The notes under the pieces are model-generated. The model did no database searches. It saw only the letters and a list, made by a program, of their open reading frames with translations, and was not told where the DNA came from. 64,000 nt of DNA, taken from NCBI GenBank assembly GCA_035492455.1, contig DATJJE010000078.1, positions 3,556-67,555 of the forward strand. Reading direction: 5' to 3'. Each line of letters starts with the position of its first letter. Positions within the stretch are counted from its first letter, which is position 1. Below are positions 49,220-57,171 of this stretch, piece after piece. Origin of the DNA: Vicinamibacterales bacterium. Its GTDB lineage: Bacteria; Acidobacteriota; Vicinamibacteria; Vicinamibacterales; UBA2999. The position numbers and the translations under genes are program-made.

Positions 49220-49746
49220 ACCCTCAATCCGCGCAGCGATCTCCAGACCGACGCGCCGAGCATCAGGCGGCTGACGCCTGTGGCGACGAGGTTGACACCC
49301 ACCAGCGTGCCGATAGCCCACGCCGCCGTGACGGGCCAGCGCATCGCGATCAGTGTTCCAAGCGCCGCGGTGATGAATGCGTTTACCAGCAGCCACGGCG
49401 CGCCTGGTTCGCGCCGTTGCGCCGAATACGCGACCATCTCGATGCCCGCCTCGACAAACAGCACGATGGCCAGCAGCAGCGTCAGCGCGATCAGCCCGAG
49501 CGCCGGATTCGACAGGAAGTACGCGCCTGCGCACGCGTAGACCAGGCCGAGCGCGACGTGCAGCACCACACCTCCATCGTCACGCGAGAGCACGCTGATG
49601 ATGTGCGCGAAGCCGGCGGCCATCAGAAGCCCGCCGATGAATGCGCTGATCGCAAGACCCGCGAACAGCGGAGCAAGTATCGCCGCGATGCCCAGCAGAA
49701 TGAACATGACAGCGGTGATGATGAGCAGGGCCCCCTCCGATCTCAT
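49216..49746 (-). CDS. hdeD: HdeD/DUF308-family membrane protein
   Basis: Six hydrophobic helices. ILLGIAAILAPLFAGLAI... pattern is typical of DUF308. Confidence 0.78.
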   Translation of the reverse strand: MRSEGALLIITAVMFILLGIAAILAPLFAGLAISAFIGGLLMAAGFAHIISVLSRDDGGVVLHVALGLVYACAGAYFLSNPALGLIALTLLLAIVLFVEAGIEMVAYSAQRREPGAPWLLVNAFITAALGTLIAMRWPVTAAWAIGTLVGVNLVATGVSRLMLGASVWRSLRGLRV

Positions 49747-49779
49747 GGTCTGATCCTTTCGTGTTCATCGATCGAGGGG

Positions 49780-49795
49780 TGCAAAGCGGCCACCA
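49780..49795 (-). promoter_or_regulatory. candidate sigma-54 promoter TGGTGG-N5-TTGCA
   Basis: Minus strand, correct spacing, ~34 nt upstream of the hdeD ATG. GAAAGGA lies 7 nt before the ATG. Confidence 0.3.
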
Positions 49796-49939
49796 TGCAT
49801 CCGGTCGCGGGGTCCGCGGAACTTTCGCGCAGCGGCGGCGGACAGTCGCGGCGCTCACAACGCACGGTGATCGAGGCAGGCCGCGGCTCGCAGGCGCGGG
49901 CCGATTTGCCGGGGAGCGCGACTTGCACAACCCCGGTGC

Positions 49940-50449
49940 ATGACCAAGCGAATGCTCAGCGCATCGGTCGCGATGTTGATGGTCGCCGTGTCCGCCGTCT
50001 ACGCGCAGAAGGTCACCATCGATTCCGATCCGGCGGCGCCGTTCGGGTCGTACAAGACCTACGCGTGGGCAAAGGGAACGCCATCGCCCAATCCACTCGG
50101 CGAGCAGCGCATCCACGATGGCGTGATGGCGCAGCTCGCGGCAAAGGGACTCGTTCAGGCCAGCGGCGCGCCCGATTTGTTCGTCTCCACGCATCTGACG
50201 GCGCATGAAGAGAAGGAGCTCGTGTCCAACGGGTTTGGGTACGGACCGTGGTGGGGTGGCGGCGGCTACGCGACGACGACCGTGCACACGTACGTGAAGG
50301 GGACGCTGCTCGTCGATCTCTACGATGCGAAGACGAAGAAGCTGGTGTGGCGCGGCACCGCGGTGGGGACCGCCAGCGACAAGCCGTCGAAGAACACGGA
50401 GAAGTTGAACAAGGCACTGAACAAGATATTCGCGAAGTACCCCGCCTGA
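49940..50449 (+). CDS. DUF4136-domain protein
   Basis: Signal peptide. ...GTLLVDLYDAKTKKLVWRGTAVGTASDKPSKNTEKLNKALNKIF is the characteristic DUF4136 C-terminal half. Confidence 0.72.
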   Translation: MTKRMLSASVAMLMVAVSAVYAQKVTIDSDPAAPFGSYKTYAWAKGTPSPNPLGEQRIHDGVMAQLAAKGLVQASGAPDLFVSTHLTAHEEKELVSNGFGYGPWWGGGGYATTTVHTYVKGTLLVDLYDAKTKKLVWRGTAVGTASDKPSKNTEKLNKALNKIFAKYPA

Positions 50450-50463
50450 TTCCGACGAACGTG

Positions 50464-50482
50464 CGTCCGCGAATTGCGGACG
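50464..50482 (+). terminator. hairpin CGTCCGC-GAATT-GCGGACG after the DUF4136 gene
   Basis: 7-bp perfect stem 15 nt after the stop. No U-tract. Confidence 0.4.
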
Positions 50483-50516
50483 GCAATGACGGCCGCATAT
50501 ACTCGCGGGTAGCAGC

Positions 50517-51071
50517 ATGCGCTTCCTGCTCGCGAGCCTGTGCGCCCTGGTATGTTCCGCGCCGGCCTACGCGAATACCACCGGCACCTTCGCTGACTTC
50601 GACGGCGACGGCCATGGCGACCGCGTCACCATCGACGCGGCCGAACCGTCCATCGTGCGCATCTGGCTTTCTGCCACACGAAGCACGCACGTCATCCACA
50701 GCGCGCAGCCGCTGCAGGCGATCACCGCTGCGGATCTCAACGGCGATCATCGCGCCGAGCTGATCGCCACGACCCGATCATCGGGCTTGCGCGTGTGGAC
50801 GAAGGCGCACTCAGGCTTCCGCGCCTACCGCCGCAAACGTCCCGATCCGCGCAACTTCCATCGTCCCGACCGTCGGACCATCAATGACAATGACGATGAT
50901 GCGGCGGGAACGGTGGCGGCGGCGAAACCAGGCCCCCCGTCGGTGGCGGCGACGCTTCACCGCCGCGGTCCGCCGGATGCTCGGCACACGCCCTCCCGCG
51001 ACCTGACCTGCCTCGGCTGCGCATCCATCCTTCTTTCTCCCTCTTCACCACGCCCACCTCCCGTTCTCTAA
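50517..51071 (+). CDS. hypothetical secreted protein with FG-GAP/VCBS-like Ca-binding motifs
   Basis: Signal peptide. DFDGDGHGD and DLNGDHRAE motifs, basic disordered C-terminus. Confidence 0.5.
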   Translation: MRFLLASLCALVCSAPAYANTTGTFADFDGDGHGDRVTIDAAEPSIVRIWLSATRSTHVIHSAQPLQAITAADLNGDHRAELIATTRSSGLRVWTKAHSGFRAYRRKRPDPRNFHRPDRRTINDNDDDAAGTVAAAKPGPPSVAATLHRRGPPDARHTPSRDLTCLGCASILLSPSSPRPPPVL

Positions 51072-51183
51072 CGTAGCGGCACCGCGCCGTTCACACGCGC
51101 TCACGTCAGTTTGCGCGTGAACGGATCCGCATCGCCAATCAGGAACCGTGTGCGCGCCGCCGGCGCGCGGAGGGACGTCTTTC

Positions 51184-52578
51184 ATGCGAATCGTGCTCGC
51201 GGATATCAGGGGAAGGGAAGGCTTCGTCAGCAAGGACACCGTCGCCGGCGGCTATGGCTCGCGGCTCCGTCCTTTTTCGAAGGTGACACGTATTGTGGCC
51301 CGCCTGAAGCGTGGCTTCCACGATTTGCCGAGCGTGCACCTGGCGTATGCCGCGGCGCTTGCCCGTCGCGCCGGCCACGAGGTGATCGCGTCCGAAGGCG
51401 AGCTCGTTGACGGCGACGTCGCGATCGTGCTCTCGTCGCTGGTCGACTACCGGCGCGAGACGGCGTGGGCGTGCTCGATGCGCGCGCAAGGCGTTCGCGT
51501 GGGCTTCATCGGTCTCGCCGCGCAGAAGCTGCCGCAGCTGTTTGCGGATGCCGCCGACTTCATCGTCAGCGGCGAGCCCGAAGCTGCGCTGATGCGTGTG
51601 ATGGCAGGCGAGACGCTGGCCGGCATTGTCAGAAGTCCAGAGATTCAGGATCTCGACGCCCTGCCGTTTCCCCTCTGGGGTCCGCTCGTCGGAAATCGCC
51701 GGCGCTGGCAGGTGCCATTTGCAGGCCGACCCATCGGCGGCGCGCTCCCCGTGCTCGCGTCGCGCAGCTGTCCGGAGTTCTGCACCTACTGTCCGCACCG
51801 CATCCAATCCAGCTATCGCACACGGTCGGTGGCCAGCATTGTCGAAGAGCTGGCGTATCTCGAAGACACTCACGGGTCGCTACACATCGTCTTCCGTGAT
51901 CCGTTGTTCTCGAACGATCGCCATCGCGTTCGCGAGCTGTGCGATCGCATACGCACGCGCGGCCTGACGCACACCTTCGAGTGCGAGACGCGGCTCGATC
52001 GCCTCGATCAGGAGCTGCTGGGGACGATGCACGCTGCCGGGCTGCGCGCCATCAGCTTTGGCGTCGAGGCGCTCTCCGACGAAACGCTGAAGAAGGTCGG
52101 TCGTCGTCCGACTCCGCACGGACACCAGCGCACCATCCTGGCACGCTGCCGCGAGCTCGGTATCGTCACCGCCGCCTTCTACGTCATCGGGTTCCTGGAC
52201 GATACGCGCGAGTCGATCAACGCGACCATCGAGTACTCAGTCGATCTCGGTTCGACGGTCGCACAGTTCAAAATTCTCACGCCGTATCCGGGCACGCCGC
52301 TCTACGGCCGAATGAAGGACGCGATCGTCGAACGCGATTGGGAACGGTTCGACGGCTTTACGCCGACCTTTACGCACCCGACGCTCTCGGCCGACGAGCT
52401 GCAGCTGCTGCTCGGCAGTGCTTACACGCGTTTCTACGTGCGCCCGTCGTTTCTGGCGAACTACCTGCGCATCTCCACACCGATGCTGCATCGCGTGGTG
52501 CGCTCGCTCGACCGCCGCGTCGAACGGCGGCACGCGCGGCGGCAGGAGGCGCTGATCGCGAGGGAGGTCGCATGGTGA
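51184..52578 (+). CDS. B12-binding-domain radical SAM protein (class B)
   Basis: GGAGG sits 9 nt before the ATG at 51184. N-terminal Rossmann-like B12 domain, CPEFCTYC (CxxxCxxC) at 51769-51792, TIM-barrel core. Confidence 0.88.
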   Translation: MRIVLADIRGREGFVSKDTVAGGYGSRLRPFSKVTRIVARLKRGFHDLPSVHLAYAAALARRAGHEVIASEGELVDGDVAIVLSSLVDYRRETAWACSMRAQGVRVGFIGLAAQKLPQLFADAADFIVSGEPEAALMRVMAGETLAGIVRSPEIQDLDALPFPLWGPLVGNRRRWQVPFAGRPIGGALPVLASRSCPEFCTYCPHRIQSSYRTRSVASIVEELAYLEDTHGSLHIVFRDPLFSNDRHRVRELCDRIRTRGLTHTFECETRLDRLDQELLGTMHAAGLRAISFGVEALSDETLKKVGRRPTPHGHQRTILARCRELGIVTAAFYVIGFLDDTRESINATIEYSVDLGSTVAQFKILTPYPGTPLYGRMKDAIVERDWERFDGFTPTFTHPTLSADELQLLLGSAYTRFYVRPSFLANYLRISTPMLHRVVRSLDRRVERRHARRQEALIAREVAW

Positions 52579-53852
52579 CTCCCGTATCGCGCTACGGTCC
52601 ACGCGTCGTCCCGAACACCATGCAGACGATCGGCGCGCTGGAGAAATCCGGCGAGCTGATCGAGGGGCCGCACATCGCGAAGTTCGAAGCGGCGTTTTCG
52701 GAACGCGTCCTCGGACGACGAGCGATTGCAGCGTCGTACGGACGGATGGCGTTCTTCTACATCCTGAAGGCGCTGCAGTTTCCCGCTGGGTCGGAGGTCA
52801 TCTTTCCCGCGCTGACGTTCTGGGTGATGCCGGAGATGGCTCGGCAGGCAGGCCTGAAGCCGGTCTTCGCGGACGTTGACCCGGCGACATTCAACATCAC
52901 CGCCGCCACCATCGAACGTGCGGTCACCCTTCGAACCGTCGCGGTCGTGCCGACGCACCTGTGGGGACTGCCGTGCGACATGGATGAAATCATGTCGGTG
53001 GCATCCCGACATGGCCTGGCCGTTATCGAAGACTGCGCGCACGCGCTTGGCGCGACGTATGACGGCTGGCCGGTCGGCACGTTCGGCCACGCCGCGATCT
53101 TCAGCTTTCAAACGTTCAAGCCATTGAACGCGTACGGCGGAGGCATGGCGGTCGTGCACGATCCTGATGTTGCGTCGCGCGTGGCGGCGCTCGCCTCGGC
53201 GGAGCCGCTGCCACCCATGGAACGTGTGAAGCACCGGCTGTGGCACGGCCGCGTGATGCGGCTCGCCACGCGCCCCGATGTGTTCAAGTGGACGCTCTTC
53301 CCACTCATGTACGCCTGCACGAGGCTCCATTGGAGCATCGATATGTACTTCTGGGAGAAGATCCGGCCGCTCAGTCCGATGCCGGAGGATTACCACGAGC
53401 GTTTCACCAATGTTCAGGCGGCCATCGCGCTCGAAGGTCTTGCCAGATTGGACGTCTGGACAGCGCAACGTCAGCGGCATGCGGCGCAGATGAATGAGAT
53501 GCTTGGAGACGTGCCCGGCATCCGCATTCCTGTCGTACCCGCCGGAAGGACGCACGTCTATTACCAGTATTGTGCGTACGTGCCGTCCCGCGATGCGGTC
53601 GTCGCAACGTGTCTTCGCCGTGGCATCGATCTCGAGACGCTGCATGTCGATGTGTGTTCGGACCTCGAGCTGTTCGGCCGCCCAAGCGCGCGGGCAAACA
53701 CGCCCGGCGCACGACAATCGACGGGCACCGTGCAGATTCCCATCTACGAGTCCCTCTCGGAGCATCAGCTGGCATCTGTATCGGCCGCGGTGCGTGAGGC
53801 GGTGCAGGCGCTCGAGCCGCGGGCCGAGGCGGCTGTGCGCGAGCCGTCCTGA
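52572..53852 (+). CDS. DegT/DnrJ/EryC1/StrS-family PLP-dependent aminotransferase
   Basis: ATG overlaps the end of the rSAM gene. FEAAFSE...AIAASYGRMAF, EDCAHALGA, and FSFQTFKPL with the Schiff-base Lys. Confidence 0.88.
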   Translation: MVTPVSRYGPRVVPNTMQTIGALEKSGELIEGPHIAKFEAAFSERVLGRRAIAASYGRMAFFYILKALQFPAGSEVIFPALTFWVMPEMARQAGLKPVFADVDPATFNITAATIERAVTLRTVAVVPTHLWGLPCDMDEIMSVASRHGLAVIEDCAHALGATYDGWPVGTFGHAAIFSFQTFKPLNAYGGGMAVVHDPDVASRVAALASAEPLPPMERVKHRLWHGRVMRLATRPDVFKWTLFPLMYACTRLHWSIDMYFWEKIRPLSPMPEDYHERFTNVQAAIALEGLARLDVWTAQRQRHAAQMNEMLGDVPGIRIPVVPAGRTHVYYQYCAYVPSRDAVVATCLRRGIDLETLHVDVCSDLELFGRPSARANTPGARQSTGTVQIPIYESLSEHQLASVSAAVREAVQALEPRAEAAVREPS

Positions 53853-54403
53853 TGCATGTCGTGCCTGGTCCTCTCGTCTACGCCGGGATTCTGCTCGCCG
53901 CAGCGATCGAAGGAGAAGTGGCGTACGTCGCGGCGGCCGCGCTGGTCGCCCACGGCGTGCTCAACCCGATAGGGGTCATCGTTGCCGGCACGCTCGGTGC
54001 GGCGGTCGGCGACCAGTTCTATTTCTATCTGCTGCGCGGCCGATTGGCGCAGTGGGTCGCTCGATTTCCGAAGATCGCCAGGCGTGCCGAGCCGCTCGTA
54101 GGGCGCGTGCGGCGGAATCAGGCGACGATGGTGCTGCTCATCCGATTCGCGCCGGGACTACGGATCGCGCTTGCCGCTGCCTGCGCCTACGTGGGTGTCA
54201 GCGCGATCCGTTTCAGTATGTTGAACCTGCTCGCCGCGTTCCTCTGGGCGATCACCTTGCTCCTGCTGATCGCCTGGCTCGGGCCGACCTATTTGTCAGC
54301 GCTGGGCATCACTGGTTGGAAGGCGGCGATCGTTACCGGTCTTGTCGTCGTCATCCTCCTTCATCTCGCCGGGCGCGCCGAACGCCGCGCCATGTCTCAT
54401 TAA
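53852..54403 (+). CDS. DedA-family (SNARE-associated/VTT domain) membrane protein
   Basis: TGATG overlap with the aminotransferase gene. ...GDQFYFYLLRG...LLIRFAPGLR... is the typical DedA core. Confidence 0.85.
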   Translation: MHVVPGPLVYAGILLAAAIEGEVAYVAAAALVAHGVLNPIGVIVAGTLGAAVGDQFYFYLLRGRLAQWVARFPKIARRAEPLVGRVRRNQATMVLLIRFAPGLRIALAAACAYVGVSAIRFSMLNLLAAFLWAITLLLLIAWLGPTYLSALGITGWKAAIVTGLVVVILLHLAGRAERRAMSH

Positions 54404-54461
54404 TCGCTCGCCCGCAGATGGGCAGCGACGAGGGCTATCGCAACGGCCCCGCAGACGATCG

Positions 54462-54758
54462 TCACGAAAGCAGGGAAGAGCTCGAAGAAGAGCATGAAGA
54501 TCCTGTCCAGATAGGAATTCCCGCCGTCTCACGATCCAGTTTCAGCATCGTCAGCAGCGCGAACTCTGTTGCGGTTTCAAACGAGAGATCGAGGATGACC
54601 ATCGCCGGCCGCTCACGCTTGATGCGGCTGTAAGCGGTGGCGGGCGACTCGAAGACCGCGACGTCGATATCGGGGTAGCCGAGAAGCATGGCGAGCGCAT
54701 CGCGCTCTGGGTAATTGGTCACGACCACCGCCGTCCGTCCCGCGAGTGTTGTTGCCAT
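54462..54758 (-). pseudogene. truncated receiver (REC) domain, possibly a decayed response regulator
   Basis: AVVVTNYPE...PAMVILDLSFE...AGIPIWTGS covers beta1-beta4 of a CheY fold. It lacks the N-terminal acidic pair and the beta5 Lys, and ends in a Ser-rich low-complexity tail. Confidence 0.4.
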
Positions 54759-54831
54759 CGACGACCTCCGCATGCCTCTACGGCAAGGACGATGCCGACA
54801 GCATGTGGGGTGATTCGGCGCGGATCCCGCG

Positions 54832-55164
54832 GTGGACGCGCTGCGCTGCCCTCGGGAGCGTCCACACACTCTGCGCATGGATGCGCAGGTCGCTCAGCCA
54901 TCACGCCTGGGCGCGTGGCGCACCACGAGGTTTCATGGCCATTTCCATGCGAAAGCACCTTGGCGCGCCGTTCAGACTTACGGGTTCCTCGACGCACTCG
55001 GACCGGCTGACTCGCGCCAGACCTCCATTCGGCATCGCCATCCGATCGACTGGCTGTTCGCGAGGGACATCGGCCTCACGCGCGGCCGCGTGCAGCGCGT
55101 GGAACGGGTGTCGGATCACTTCCCGTTGACCGCGACGCCTGACCTTTCTCACGAGGAGCGCTGA
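54832..55164 (+). pseudogene. remnant of an endonuclease/exonuclease/phosphatase (EEP) family gene
   Basis: Only the last ~45 codons look like the EEP C-terminus (FLDALG...HPIDWLFARD...VSDHFPL). The upstream part has no recognisable EEP motifs in any frame. Confidence 0.35.
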
Positions 55165-55207
55165 TGGACATCGCGTCCGTGGCTGATCTACAGTGCTCTT
55201 TAACTAA

Positions 55208-55220
55208 ATGATTAAATCAT
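55208..55220. promoter_or_regulatory. 6-1-6 palindrome ATGATTaAATCAT overlapping the tetR start codon (candidate operator)
   Basis: Perfect half-sites in an AT-rich patch (TTTAACTAAATGATTAAATCAT) immediately 5' of and into the TetR gene. Confidence 0.3.
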
Positions 55221-55855
55221 CCAGTCAAGAGCCCGACGGCGACACCGAGCAGCGGATCCTCGACGCCGCACACGCCGTGTTCATCCGCCGCGGCACTGCC
55301 GGCGCGCGCATGCAGGAGATTGCGCAGGAGGCACGCGTCAACTCGGCGCTGCTGCACTACTACTTCCGCACCAAGGATCGGCTGGCGGAGGCGGTGTTCC
55401 GGCGCGCGGCGGCGCAGTTGATGCCGGCGGTGATTCGCGTGCTCGGGTCGGACCTGGAGCTGGAGAACAAGGTGCGGCAGGTCATCGACATCGAGCTGCG
55501 GCAGCTGCTGGCGACACCGTATCTACCCGGCTACATCCTCAGCGAGCTCACGCACCATCCCGAACGCGCACAACAGCTCTTCTCCTCCGCGACAGGGATG
55601 TCCCCGCGAGTGATCGGGACGCGCGTCTTCAAGGTCTTGAAGAAGCAGATCGACGAGCGCGTGATGGAGCGGCGCATGCACCCCATGGCGCCGGAGCAAT
55701 TCGCCATCAACCTGCTCGCATTGTGCGTGTTTCCGTTTGCCGCCCGGCCGATGGTCATGGCCCTTGTCGGCCTCAACGATCGTGGCTTTGAACAGTTCAT
55801 CAACCGGCGGCGCAGGGAGTTGGCGCCGTTCTTCCTGAGGGCATTGCGCCCATGA
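55208..55855 (+). CDS. TetR-family transcriptional regulator
   Basis: N-terminal HTH RILDAAHAVFIRRGTAGARMQEIAQEARVNSALLHYYFRTKDRL. Confidence 0.9.
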   Translation: MIKSSSQEPDGDTEQRILDAAHAVFIRRGTAGARMQEIAQEARVNSALLHYYFRTKDRLAEAVFRRAAAQLMPAVIRVLGSDLELENKVRQVIDIELRQLLATPYLPGYILSELTHHPERAQQLFSSATGMSPRVIGTRVFKVLKKQIDERVMERRMHPMAPEQFAINLLALCVFPFAARPMVMALVGLNDRGFEQFINRRRRELAPFFLRALRP

Positions 55856-57171
55856 CTACAGTCCGTGTGGCGGGTCCGAAAGGGCCCGCCCTGCTTGTGA
55901 TTGGCCTGCTCGTTGCGACGCCCGCTCATGCGCAGCGGACGGGCAGGGCGTTCGATCTCGCGACGCTTCAGCAGTCTGCCATCGATACCGACCCGCGTTC
56001 GCGCGAGCTGCAGTTGTACGCGGACCAGAGTGCGCTCAGGCTGCGCAACATCAGTATTCTCAGGCTACCGACCGTGATGCTCGATAGTCAGGCGCAGTAT
56101 CAGTCCGACGTCGCACACTTGCCGTCCGGCGCGCCGTTCAGCGGAGCGTTCAAGCCGCCGAAGGACACCTACGACGCCAGCATCCGCATCGATCAACGAC
56201 TGTTCGATCCGACGGTTGGCGCCCAGGGTTCCGTCGAGCGGGCGCAGCTCGCGGAAAACCAGGCGCGCGTCCGCTCGACGCTCTTCACGCTGCGACAGCA
56301 GGTGAACGACGCGTTCTTCTCCGCCGCCGCTCTCCAGGCCCGCGCCGGTGCGCTCACCGCGACCATCACGGAACTGAACGCGCGTCTGCAGGAAACCAAT
56401 GCGCGCGTGCAGCAGGGAACAGCGCTGCCGGCGGATGCGGCCGCCATCGAAGCGACGCTGCTGCAGCGTCAGCAGGACCTCGACGACCTGCAGGCGAGCC
56501 GCCGTGCGGCACTCGAGCGGCTGAATACGCTGACGGGCCAGACGCTCAGCGAAGCGGATACGTTGCTGCTGCCGAACCTGGTCGACAGGGTCGTCGAGGC
56601 ACGCCGCTCGCAGACCAGTCTGCGCGCGCGTCCCGAGTACGAGCAGTTCGCGCGTATGCGTGATCGGCTGACGACTCAGCAGGCGCTGACCGCGGCGCAG
56701 GACCGCCCGCGCCTCTCCGCCTACGGCCGCGTCGGCTACGGCCAACCTGGCCTCAACTTCGTCGCCAGCGACTTCGAAACCTATGCCCTCGGTGGCTTAC
56801 GGCTGCAGTGGAACGCGTGGACATGGGGCTCTGGCCCGCGCGAGCGTGCGGCGCTCGGCATTCAACAACAGATCGTGCAGGCCGACGAGGCGGCGTTCGC
56901 GAAAGGCGTGACGACGGCCATAGAAGGCGACGAGCAGGCGATCGATCGCCTGCAGCGCTCGCTCACCGTAGACGACCGCATCGTCCTGCTGCGCGAACAG
57001 GTGGACCGCTCTACGCAACTTCGGCTTCAGGAGGGTGTCGTGACGGCATCGGAGTATCTGGATCGCAACGCGGAGCTCCTGCAGGCGCGCTTCGCGAAGG
57101 CAGGGCATGAAGTGGAGCTGGCGCAGGCCAGCGCGCATCTGCTGACGACGCTTGGCTTGGAGGTCCGGTGA
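55852..57171 (+). CDS. TolC-family outer-membrane efflux protein
   Basis: ATGA overlap with tetR. Signal peptide and two OEP repeats with coiled coils. Confidence 0.87.
   Translation: MTTVRVAGPKGPALLVIGLLVATPAHAQRTGRAFDLATLQQSAIDTDPRSRELQLYADQSALRLRNISILRLPTVMLDSQAQYQSDVAHLPSGAPFSGAFKPPKDTYDASIRIDQRLFDPTVGAQGSVERAQLAENQARVRSTLFTLRQQVNDAFFSAAALQARAGALTATITELNARLQETNARVQQGTALPADAAAIEATLLQRQQDLDDLQASRRAALERLNTLTGQTLSEADTLLLPNLVDRVVEARRSQTSLRARPEYEQFARMRDRLTTQQALTAAQDRPRLSAYGRVGYGQPGLNFVASDFETYALGGLRLQWNAWTWGSGPRERAALGIQQQIVQADEAAFAKGVTTAIEGDEQAIDRLQRSLTVDDRIVLLREQVDRSTQLRLQEGVVTASEYLDRNAELLQARFAKAGHEVELAQASAHLLTTLGLEVR

Noticed and set aside
49911-49927. A sigma-54-like GGGGAG-N5-TTGCA immediately upstream of the DUF4136 gene.
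   Set aside because: Only the GG of the -24 element matches, and the -12 element is 13 nt from the ATG, leaving no room for a leader. It is weaker than the other candidates.
51142-51180. An ECF-type promoter look-alike, GGAAC ... CGTC, upstream of the radical SAM gene.
   Set aside because: The spacing between GGAAC and CGTC is 29 nt, far from the ~16-17 nt expected. The intervening GCGCGCC-GCC-GGCGCGC is just a GC hairpin.
54400-54495. A 31-codon hydrophobic small ORF (MLFFELFPAFVTIVCGAVAIALVAAHLRASD) on the minus strand with AGGA 5 nt upstream.
   Set aside because: It lies in a CTCTTC-type low-complexity stretch where all three frames are open and overlaps the tail of the truncated receiver ORF. 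There is no support beyond hydrophobicity. It would be worth rechecking only if ribosome profiling exists.
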